In this document: positions 19,179 to 26,864 of the stretch, one piece after another
How the letters are laid out: every line of letters starts with the position of its first letter
Numbering within the stretch: position 1 is the stretch's first letter
Assembly (NCBI GenBank): GCA_937907395.1
Contig: CALCII010000013.1
Location: 45,448-109,447 of the forward strand
Direction of reading: 5' to 3'
Length of the DNA stretch: 64,000 nucleotides
Source of the DNA: an uncultured Chitinophagaceae bacterium
Lineage (GTDB): Bacteria; Bacteroidota; Bacteroidia; Chitinophagales; Chitinophagaceae
Made by a program: the position numbers and the translations under genes
Notes under the pieces: generated by a model
The model's database searches: none
Told to the model about the DNA's origin: nothing
Seen by the model: the letters and a program-made list of their open reading frames with translations, nothing else

Positions 19179-19640
19179 TCAGCGCCAAAACTGCTGAATG
19201 TCTTGTAGGTTAATAATTCCAGAATTGTATTTTTCAACTTCCTTTAGTACAAACAGGTTCAATTCATCACTATTGTCTGAACTTTTCAATACCGGATATT
19301 TCTGACATATTTGTTGTAGAGTGGATAGTAAGGAAACCTTGTCTTTGCCGTTTCCTGCTTCTTGCAAAAAAGCTTTTATTTCGTCTTCAAATGCATTGAT
19401 AACGGGGGTAAAATCAGTGTCAGTTACCTCTTTCGGCAAGTAATCGGAATGGCTTTCCGAAACAAATTGTTTTTTAATATCAGCAACTGCAATAGGGATA
19501 GCACCTGCATCCACTTTCTTTATACCAATAAGTGCCAGTAATTCCCAATGAAAATATTTGTACCCGACATAAGCGTAATAGCAAATCAGGGAAATAAGTA
19601 ATGATGAAAGGTATTGGCCCCATGATATTGAACTAAGCAT
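19179..19640 (-). CDS. small membrane protein, first gene of the tra-proximal transcription unit
   Basis: 153 aa with an N-terminal TM (LSSLLISLICYYAYVGY) and an ATG start. Confidence 0.5.
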   Translation of the reverse strand: MLSSISWGQYLSSLLISLICYYAYVGYKYFHWELLALIGIKKVDAGAIPIAVADIKKQFVSESHSDYLPKEVTDTDFTPVINAFEDEIKAFLQEAGNGKDKVSLLSTLQQICQKYPVLKSSDNSDELNLFVLKEVEKYNSGIINLQDIQQFWR

Positions 19641-19745
19641 AGTAAACGTTTTTTGTTTGAAGTGTTAATACAAATACATGCCCAAAGTTTTTAAAACCGG
19701 GTAAGACAGGTAGTGCTTACCCATGCAAAAAGAGTGAATGTTATA

Positions 19746-20951
19746 TCATAATTTCCCAACTATCACCACCCATTTTTGCAACATCTCCTTCATTATATTC
19801 AATGTTGCTTTATCAGGTGCATGATATTTAGTTTCCATGCTGCCAAACGAGATATCATCTTTTTGTAAAGTGGTAAACAGTTTAGCAATTGTACGAAGCA
19901 TTGGTGCCACACTTTTGTTGATAATGATTTTATCGGCTACCAGAAGGCGAATCAATACAGCCAATTTTGCAACAGATAACGAAGTCTGAATTTTAGATTC
20001 AGGATCTATTTGCAAGTCCTTGTCCTTTCTTTTAAGTTTAGTGAATTCTTCATTTTTTATTTTCTCAATTACCCACTCGGTCAATTGTTTTTTAACAGCA
20101 GGCTGGTTTAATTCATAGCCAACGCCTGGTCTATCTTTTAATTGGGCTATCCGAAACTGTTCAGTCTTCAATAAAGCAATATTTTCATCGATACTATTTT
20201 CAACATTTAGCTTGTTCTTGATAAGACTGGTTTCATAATCAATAAAACCTGTTGAGTTAAAGTTGTAGTTAATAAGTAATTCCCGGATAAATACCTCATT
20301 AATGACAGTGGTTGAACATTCAATCCGGCGGAATATATTTTTAAGATAATTGACCTTTCGGAAGCTGAGATAGTTTTCAGGCGTTGCAAACTTTTCATAG
20401 ATGCATTCTTGCAACACATCAATAATTGGTGATTGAGATAACTTGATTTTCCAGTATTCCAGTTTGAGACTTATGCTATTCTGAAAATATTTCAAGTAGT
20501 ACACAGAAACCTTGAAATCAAAATCAAAATGCTGGTACAGGAAATTCTGTATAAACTGCAATACGGTCTCCGCTTCATTGCATAATTGCTCATGCATTTC
20601 TGATTCTGGTATAATGTCAGACAGGTTAATCAACAATGCCTGTACTAACCTTATGTATTGCCCTTTGTCTGAAATACCAGTATTGTTAATTAGCTCATCC
20701 ATCAACAACCCAGGTATCAATTCCAGATCGGCCTGCAGACTTTTCAGAATACCTTCATTTTTTGTGTCCTCAAAAAGGCTTCCAGAGAATTCTTTTCTGA
20801 AACTATTGGTTTTAAGTAAGCCATACCATTTGCACAGCGCTTGCTGAACAGTTAGTCTATTGTGCAATGAATTTTCTGAATATTGACTGAGCAATGGCAG
20901 CCCTAACATCAGGTCACCTGAATGACCGTTTACACTCATCACTGTTTCCAT
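19746..20951 (-). CDS. hypothetical protein; the C-terminal 80 aa weakly resemble the RteC-type regulator C-terminus
   Basis: 401 aa. LSVAKLAVLIRLLVADKIIINKSVAPMLRTIAKLFTTLQKDDISFGSMETKY is spaced like the RteC C-terminal helix bundle as I remember it. The N-terminus is unrecognised. Confidence 0.35.
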   Translation of the reverse strand: METVMSVNGHSGDLMLGLPLLSQYSENSLHNRLTVQQALCKWYGLLKTNSFRKEFSGSLFEDTKNEGILKSLQADLELIPGLLMDELINNTGISDKGQYIRLVQALLINLSDIIPESEMHEQLCNEAETVLQFIQNFLYQHFDFDFKVSVYYLKYFQNSISLKLEYWKIKLSQSPIIDVLQECIYEKFATPENYLSFRKVNYLKNIFRRIECSTTVINEVFIRELLINYNFNSTGFIDYETSLIKNKLNVENSIDENIALLKTEQFRIAQLKDRPGVGYELNQPAVKKQLTEWVIEKIKNEEFTKLKRKDKDLQIDPESKIQTSLSVAKLAVLIRLLVADKIIINKSVAPMLRTIAKLFTTLQKDDISFGSMETKYHAPDKATLNIMKEMLQKWVVIVGKL

Positions 20952-20997
20952 AGTAAAACTTTATGAATGCAAACGGCAAATGACAAACCAACTATAG

Positions 20998-21041
20998 TAC
21001 GTTAACCTGAGTATTTTAATACGTAAACCAGCGTATTTTAT
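20998..21041. repeat. two tandem copies of a 22-bp direct repeat (18/22 identical)
   Basis: TACGTTAACCTGAGTATTTTAA at 20998-21019 and TACGTAAACCAGCGTATTTTAT at 21020-21041. They lie 47 nt upstream of the ATG at 20951. Confidence 0.6.
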
Positions 21042-21054
21042 TATTAAACTGTAG

Positions 21055-22053
21055 CTAACCGGGTTGTCCAACGGCAGTAGCTCCCAGCTTGTTGAGCAAT
21101 TCGAGTTTATTAGAGACTTTTACTTTATCAAAAATATTCTGCACATGTTTCGTTACAGTTCTTTCAGCAATAAACAACGTTTCGGCAATTTGCCTGTATG
21201 AGTTGCCCCGGCAAATGAAAAGGACGATTTCCTTTTCCCTTGCGGTTAGTCGATGAATTTGACAATTTTGTAAAGCCCTTTCTTCGGCACTTATACGTTC
21301 AAGTTCTTTTGTTCTTTTGTTTACTTCCTCCAGTAGTTGTTCATTCCATGTTAAAAGCTGGGTTTCCGAGGCAATTAACCGCTTATGTTCGTTCTTTACT
21401 TGTTCCACTGTTTGTTTTACATGAAGAGCAAGTAATAATAAAAAGCCTGTATTGGTTACTGTTGCCTCCACCGATTGGCTCAGGTTGAAATAAGCAATAA
21501 AAGGCAAACCAACCCATGGCGTTAAACTGAAAAAGAGTACACCGGCTTCCTCTTTTACATCACGGGATGCAAGTGAATAGCTGTACTTATACCGGATAGA
21601 TTTTTGCAGCGAAGCCAATACCCAAAGTGCATAAACCACCGGAATAACCAAGATGTTTTTTGCATGATCGAGATCGTTACTTATGGCAAATACAGTTACA
21701 AATAATAAATAGGGCAGTACAAGAAAATAAACTACTCCACGCCTGGCATGGAACTCCATTTTTTCCAATCCAAAGGCTTTGTATACGTAATAAGGAAAGT
21801 AGGCAGGTGTAATAAAACCTGTTGCGTAGGCAATACATTCTTGAACAAAAAAGGAGCCCGGTAAATTCGGGTCCGGAAGTAATCCACCAGTGATATTATA
21901 TACAAGTAGTAACGCTATGAGAGATATATCTAAACTTATAGTTCTGTTATCTGGTCTTGCAAAACGGTGAATAAGCAGGTAGAAAAATATTACCAGCTCC
22001 ACGCAGACAAACCCGAAGGTGACCCAATGCATTTCTGTTCCCGGCAATAACAT
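21055..22053 (-). CDS. membrane-anchored LuxR-family transcriptional regulator (about 7 TM, coiled coil, LuxR HTH)
   Basis: 332 aa. The C-terminus LTAREKEIVLFICRGNSYRQIAETLFIAERTVTKHVQNIFDKVKVSNKLELL is a LuxR/GerE HTH. The N-terminal 200 aa are hydrophobic. Confidence 0.75.
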   Translation of the reverse strand: MLLPGTEMHWVTFGFVCVELVIFFYLLIHRFARPDNRTISLDISLIALLLVYNITGGLLPDPNLPGSFFVQECIAYATGFITPAYFPYYVYKAFGLEKMEFHARRGVVYFLVLPYLLFVTVFAISNDLDHAKNILVIPVVYALWVLASLQKSIRYKYSYSLASRDVKEEAGVLFFSLTPWVGLPFIAYFNLSQSVEATVTNTGFLLLLALHVKQTVEQVKNEHKRLIASETQLLTWNEQLLEEVNKRTKELERISAEERALQNCQIHRLTAREKEIVLFICRGNSYRQIAETLFIAERTVTKHVQNIFDKVKVSNKLELLNKLGATAVGQPG

Positions 22054-22068
22054 AGCTCAACAATTATC

Positions 22069-22638
22069 TTAACCTCTTTTCATGCAGTATAACGTATATC
22101 CAAAATCGAGATCCAGGTATGTTTTAAATCCATGCTTTTCATACCAGGGCAGATTTTTTATAGCAGATGTTTCGAGACAGATTGTTCTTTTTTGAGAAAG
22201 CCCCTCCTGAATGACGGACTCCAATAATTTACTTCCAACTCCGTTGCCTTGATCTGTTGGATCAACGCCAATAAACCACAGGTAATAAATTATTCCATCC
22301 GGATGAATTTTGTTTATCGCAGCTTCACGTTTCATTGCCTTTTTTATATTGGCAAGGCCAATTGCTGATACTGTCAGTTTAGTATCCAGAAAAACAGAAC
22401 GAAGAGTTGTTTTCTTTTTGTCGGGCAAAAGTATCAACGCACAACCTTTTTTATCCTCCGACATAAAAACATCACCGAATGAATGGCAGAGGTCAAACGA
22501 ATATGCCATCAGGTTCCTGATTCGTTGCTTTCTTTTTGCATCCTGTTGAATGATATAGTTAACACTTTTGTTGTCATCAAAAGCATTAGAAAGTATGTTA
22601 ACAATTCGATTCTTATCTTCAATACCGGCTCTTATCAT
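22069..22638 (-). CDS. GNAT-family N-acetyltransferase
   Basis: 189 aa with the acetyl-CoA motif DQGNGVGSKLLESVIQE. Confidence 0.75.
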   Translation of the reverse strand: MIRAGIEDKNRIVNILSNAFDDNKSVNYIIQQDAKRKQRIRNLMAYSFDLCHSFGDVFMSEDKKGCALILLPDKKKTTLRSVFLDTKLTVSAIGLANIKKAMKREAAINKIHPDGIIYYLWFIGVDPTDQGNGVGSKLLESVIQEGLSQKRTICLETSAIKNLPWYEKHGFKTYLDLDFGYTLYCMKRG

Positions 22639-22833
22639 AAGACCATTTTTTGAGGCAAATTTCCTCCTAATTAAATCTCAAAATTCGTTCCGTTTGGTTT
22701 GAAAAAGTTTTGCGTATGAGCAGAAATGTTTTGCAATCGGGATTTTTTTCAGCTATGTTCTGCTGATTTTAATAAAACCCCAAGCCGATTGTTGTTATTG
22801 GGATTTGTTTTGAGTAAGAATGTCTTCAAATAT

Positions 22834-22874
22834 CCGGTTTGTTACATTTTTGGAGAAATTTGTAACAAACTCGG
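22834..22874 (-). terminator. hairpin directly after the stop of the 177-aa gene
   Basis: CCGGTTTGTTACA at 22834-22846 pairs with TGTAACAAACTCGG at 22861-22874. There are 10 perfect bp, extendable with one bulge. The U tract on the minus strand is weak. Confidence 0.4.
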
Positions 22875-22876
22875 TT

Positions 22877-23410
22877 TTAGTTAAGCATTTTTTTCAACTC
22901 ATTATCAGTTGCTTTGTAGTTATATTCCTTCAGATATTTAATGATTGCAGAAAGACGGAGAATATCTTCTGCACCTGCATTTCTCAATGCCTTAAATAGT
23001 TTTTTGAACCTCACATCATCTTTGCTATTTATGGTCTTTGATTCTTTTCGAAATAATTCCAAATCTTCAGGAAGCTCAAAATCTATAGGCGATAATCCTG
23101 CATCGGCCAGGCAATTGAAAATAAACCGTTCCATACCGGGCACAATCTGGATAATATAATGGTGCCTTATTTTATGTTTATGCAAAATCAGCCCGTCCGA
23201 CTTACCGACTTCAGTGAACTCCTTCAGGTAATCTACTTCTTTTTTGTCCTTATCAATAACACCCACAGCAAAGCTATCGGTAAACTTTTCCTTCATCACT
23301 TTAGTAACAGTGCCGCACCCTTTCTGATGATTGTATTGCTTTTGTGGAGGAACCAATGTCTCCACAAGATTAGTGTCCACGTAGCATTCAGGGATAACAG
23401 CCAGATCCAT
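22877..23410 (-). CDS. mini Toprim-like protein (DUF4435/DUF4276/RloB-like pattern), partner of the upstream ATPase
   Basis: 177 aa. E8 lies in AVIPECYVDTNLVE, followed by KGCGTV and DxD in VGVIDKDKK (GAT AAG GAC at 23246-23254, verified). Its ATG overlaps the ATPase stop (TAATG at 23408-23412). Confidence 0.5.
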   Translation of the reverse strand: MDLAVIPECYVDTNLVETLVPPQKQYNHQKGCGTVTKVMKEKFTDSFAVGVIDKDKKEVDYLKEFTEVGKSDGLILHKHKIRHHYIIQIVPGMERFIFNCLADAGLSPIDFELPEDLELFRKESKTINSKDDVRFKKLFKALRNAGAEDILRLSAIIKYLKEYNYKATDNELKKMLN

Positions 23411-24396
23411 TAAACGAAACTTTCATTGTTGGTAAATAAGTCCACTCCACTTTGAAACACATCGTGCATCTCATCGTCGCTTAACTTTCTCAATCTTGTT
23501 TCATGATGTTCGTAATGCACAACAAAAACTGAAAGCTCTGACCTGCTGTTTTCGAGCAAATCATTTAAGATAAAAGGACTATGTGTAGCAATGAAGTATT
23601 GATTATCCTTTTTATAGATCATTTCCTGAGTCAGATGAGCCATATAAGGAGGAAAGGAATGAGCTTCAGGTTCTTCAAAAAGAAGAATACTATTATTATT
23701 TGATGCAATTGCAGCCTTAAAGAAAATAATGCGTTGCAGGGTATCTGCAATCGAATTATACGGGATCAGAAATATTGAATTTTGTTCTTCTGATTGAATG
23801 ATTTTAATTGTTTGGCTGCTTTTGTCAAATGCAATTTCAAGATTGTATTCTTTAAAAAGGCGAAGTACCTGCTGCTTTAGTTCATCATAGTTTTCAATTA
23901 CGCTTAAGAGATTAAATCCAAACGGAGGTATTAGATATTTTGAGTGCGACCTACGGTATTTAATTTCGGTTTTGAAAACGTATTTCTTAATTGGTGCTTC
24001 GTATAGTTCATTCTTAAAGCCACCTTTTACATTAAATTTTTCATCAACTTTATAATTAAACGAATTACTATAAAAATTAAGCTCAATTTTTAAACCCTCT
24101 TTGGGATTATATCCTAGTCTGCATTCGCCTTCGTTTGTCTTAATTTTTGCATCTCTTTCGATGTTCCCATTATAAAATAATTCTGTTTCATTCTCAAGCC
24201 TGATGAGATTAGAAAGTCTTTTTGAGGTGTTTTCTTTCAAATAAGGGATAGAGAACAAAGAGAGGGCCTCGATAATGTTTGACTTACCGACATTAGGACG
24301 ACCAATAAAAAGATTTATCCTTTTAAGATTATCAATTTCAAGTTGCTTGATTGACTTAAAATTTTCTATTGAAATATGATCAAGAAAATTCCTCAT
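23410..24396 (-). CDS. OLD/ABC-type (AAA_15/AAA_21-like) ATPase without a fused nuclease domain
   Basis: 328 aa. Walker A GRPNVGKS at 24280-24303, signature-like SIADTLQR, Walker B ILLFEEPEAH and H-loop IATHSPF. Confidence 0.8.
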   Translation of the reverse strand: MRNFLDHISIENFKSIKQLEIDNLKRINLFIGRPNVGKSNIIEALSLFSIPYLKENTSKRLSNLIRLENETELFYNGNIERDAKIKTNEGECRLGYNPKEGLKIELNFYSNSFNYKVDEKFNVKGGFKNELYEAPIKKYVFKTEIKYRRSHSKYLIPPFGFNLLSVIENYDELKQQVLRLFKEYNLEIAFDKSSQTIKIIQSEEQNSIFLIPYNSIADTLQRIIFFKAAIASNNNSILLFEEPEAHSFPPYMAHLTQEMIYKKDNQYFIATHSPFILNDLLENSRSELSVFVVHYEHHETRLRKLSDDEMHDVFQSGVDLFTNNESFV

Positions 24397-24407
24397 GATG
24401 TGAAGCC

Positions 24408-24698
24408 TTACTTGGCTTTATCTTTTTTAATTTTTTGTCCAGAATTTATATCATTGATTACAAGACGAAAAACTTCGACCGGATCTACCTCAAATAAAGA
24501 AGCCAGTGAGGTTATATCTTTAACCGTAAGCATATCTCCGGTGTTAACTCGTCTTCGAAGAGTATTATAATTTATCTTCATATCCTCCCTAACGGTAGAC
24601 AAAGGAATGATTGTAAACACATCCTTTAAACCGTTAATTCCCTTTGAATCAATCAAAGATTTAATGGCCTTGTAGCGCTGATCTTTAAATGCTTTCAT
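24408..24698 (-). CDS. small (96 aa) probable DNA-binding protein, first gene of the ATPase operon
   Basis: ATG start, 11 nt upstream of the ATPase ATG. IPLSTVREDMKINYNTLRRRVNTGDMLTVKDITSLASLFEVDPVEVFRLV looks like an HTH-type fold with a basic tail. The assignment is weak. Confidence 0.4.
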   Translation of the reverse strand: MKAFKDQRYKAIKSLIDSKGINGLKDVFTIIPLSTVREDMKINYNTLRRRVNTGDMLTVKDITSLASLFEVDPVEVFRLVINDINSGQKIKKDKAK

Positions 24699-24875
24699 TT
24701 TCTATTTGTAAAATAGGCCACCGGGCTTGAGCAAGGATGAGATTTTACTATTATTGAATTATAATAATTCTTAAATAGAAAATAATAGTCTATATTTGAA
24801 TTGTTTGGAGTTCTATTTAGTTCAGGTACTTGCTGCCTGTGAATTATGTGAATTCACTTTTCAAATGCATATCCC

Positions 24876-25478
24876 TTGAGTTTGCGTTCTGTAGATACTT
24901 CCACTTTTAACGAGTATGCCTCATTGTTTCAAAGAGGTGACGAAAAAGCACTGGCCTTCTTTTACCACGAGTTCCACCCCACTTTAGCCCTCCATGCCCA
25001 CCGCTGGATAGAAGACCGCTCTATTGCTGAGGAAATAGCCTCAGAAGCCCTTGTAAAAACCTGGAAGATGCACTGGAAGCTGGACAGCTATGGAGCCATC
25101 CGGGCATACCTGTATAAGGTCGTTCAAAGGGACAGTCTTGCGTACATCCGCAAGGAAAAGAAAAGAACAGCCATGCACCAGCAATCGCAGCCTTACCAAT
25201 CCATTTCAGATACCCCGTTTGACCATGTAGTACGCAGCGAGGTGTACCGTATCATTCATACCGCCCTTAAAGACCTTTCTCCAGCCAACCGCAAGGTAAT
25301 CGTCATGCATTACCTGGAAGGCAAAACCACCGGGCAGATAGCACGGGAACTTAAATTACATCGCAGTACTGTTAATACACAAAAAACCAAAGGATTGGCG
25401 GCCCTTCGCAAAAGCCTGCTGCGGCCAATGTTAATCCTGTTTTATCTTATTGTAAAAATTTTCTTTCCTTTTTCGTAG
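24876..25478 (+). CDS. ECF-type RNA polymerase sigma-70 family factor
   Basis: 200 aa. Region 2 (ALAFFYHEFHPTL...YLYKVVQRDSLAYIRK) and region 4 (NRKVIVMHYLEGKTTGQIARELKLHRSTVNTQKTKGL). It starts at TTG with no in-frame ATG nearby. Confidence 0.8.
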   Translation: MSLRSVDTSTFNEYASLFQRGDEKALAFFYHEFHPTLALHAHRWIEDRSIAEEIASEALVKTWKMHWKLDSYGAIRAYLYKVVQRDSLAYIRKEKKRTAMHQQSQPYQSISDTPFDHVVRSEVYRIIHTALKDLSPANRKVIVMHYLEGKTTGQIARELKLHRSTVNTQKTKGLAALRKSLLRPMLILFYLIVKIFFPFS

Positions 25479-25531
25479 TACATTTTCTCCTGACTTTACT
25501 TTCTCTTATTTGCTTGTTTTAACTTAATAGC

Positions 25532-26731
25532 ATGAAACAAAATCCTTACAGCGATATGGATCAACCGGCATACCGTATTGCCTATCTCATAGCGGCTTTT
25601 ATCAGGAATACAATTACAGAAAAAGAGCATGATGAACTGGATGATTGGGTAAACGAAAGCGATGATAATATGCGGCTCTTTGAAGAATTGACGGATGAAC
25701 GAAACCTTGAAGCCAATCTTGCATGGATGGACAAGGTACAAACGGAACAATCATATAAGACCTTGCAGGAAAAAGGTGCATTTGATATACCTCGAAAAAA
25801 GTTTCAGCTAAGCCCGGTATGGATAGCGGCGGCAAGTGTTATTCTTATTGTTGGTGTATTTATTATTTATCGCTTTGCAGGAAACAGCAGTACGGATGAT
25901 AATAACGTTGCTGTTTCTGATACCACTCAGTTAAAGCCTGGTGGCAACCGGGCAACACTGACCCTTCCCGATGGTTCCGTTATTGATTTAACAACGGCTA
26001 ACAACGGAATAATTGAAATTGGTAAAGGCTCTCATGTGAACAAACCGGCCGCTGGAGAGTTAGTGTATGATGCGGGTGTTAGTACTGATGAAACTCCGTC
26101 TATTCATACACTCTCCACACCGGTGGGTGGTCAGTATCAGCTCACACTACCGGATGGTAGTAAAGTGTGGCTGAATGCGGCAACAAAATTGAAGTATCCA
26201 TCGAGGTTTGTTTCCAGTGAACGCAAAGTGGAAATTGATGGCGAAGCTTATTTTGAAGTAGTAAAAAATGATAAGCAGCCGTTTCGTTTAGTGATGCAGG
26301 ATGGTTCTACTGTAACAGTATTGGGTACTCATTTTAACGTAATGTCCTACGCTAACGAAACGCAAAAAGAAATAACACTGCTGGAAGGAAAAGTAGCAGT
26401 TGCAAAAAATAATAGTATAGAAAATCTTGAGCCTGGAACACAGGCGATTGTTAAAACAGATGCAATAACCAAAAGAACCGGAATTGATACGGAAGAAATA
26501 ACAGCATGGAAAAACGGGCTATTTGTTTTTCATGATGCAACGATTGAATCTATCATGAAGCAGGTAGAAAGATGGTATGATGCAAAGGTGGTGTACAAAG
26601 GAGATGTGAAACAATTATTCAATGCCAGCATATTGCGGAGCGAACCATTGTCAAAGCTTCTGCGTTTGCTGGAACTTAACGGATATGTACATTTTAAAAT
26701 TGAAAACAAAACGATTTATGTATTACCCTGA
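25532..26731 (+). CDS. FecR-family anti-sigma factor / transmembrane sensor
   Basis: 399 aa. It has an N-terminal cytoplasmic part, one TM (VWIAAASVILIVGVFIIY) and a FecR domain (LTLPDGSKVWLNAATKLKYP...EAYFEV). Confidence 0.85.
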   Translation: MKQNPYSDMDQPAYRIAYLIAAFIRNTITEKEHDELDDWVNESDDNMRLFEELTDERNLEANLAWMDKVQTEQSYKTLQEKGAFDIPRKKFQLSPVWIAAASVILIVGVFIIYRFAGNSSTDDNNVAVSDTTQLKPGGNRATLTLPDGSVIDLTTANNGIIEIGKGSHVNKPAAGELVYDAGVSTDETPSIHTLSTPVGGQYQLTLPDGSKVWLNAATKLKYPSRFVSSERKVEIDGEAYFEVVKNDKQPFRLVMQDGSTVTVLGTHFNVMSYANETQKEITLLEGKVAVAKNNSIENLEPGTQAIVKTDAITKRTGIDTEEITAWKNGLFVFHDATIESIMKQVERWYDAKVVYKGDVKQLFNASILRSEPLSKLLRLLELNGYVHFKIENKTIYVLP

Positions 26732-26864
26732 CGATTAAATAAACCAACGGTTAATACAAACAAAAAGCCGGAAGTGTTACTAGCACTGCCGGCGGAGTTT
26801 GGGTTAACCCTTACTATCAACTGAGGCTATCAACTGAATTCAGAAACCCAAACATTACAAAGCT

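Noticed and set aside
24838-24857. TGTGAATT direct repeat (24838-24845, 24847-24854) and the GTGAATTCAC palindrome just upstream of the ECF sigma gene
   Set aside because: It is too short to distinguish from chance in AT-rich DNA, and the palindrome is mostly an EcoRI site. I could match no known ECF promoter consensus. It might still be regulatory.
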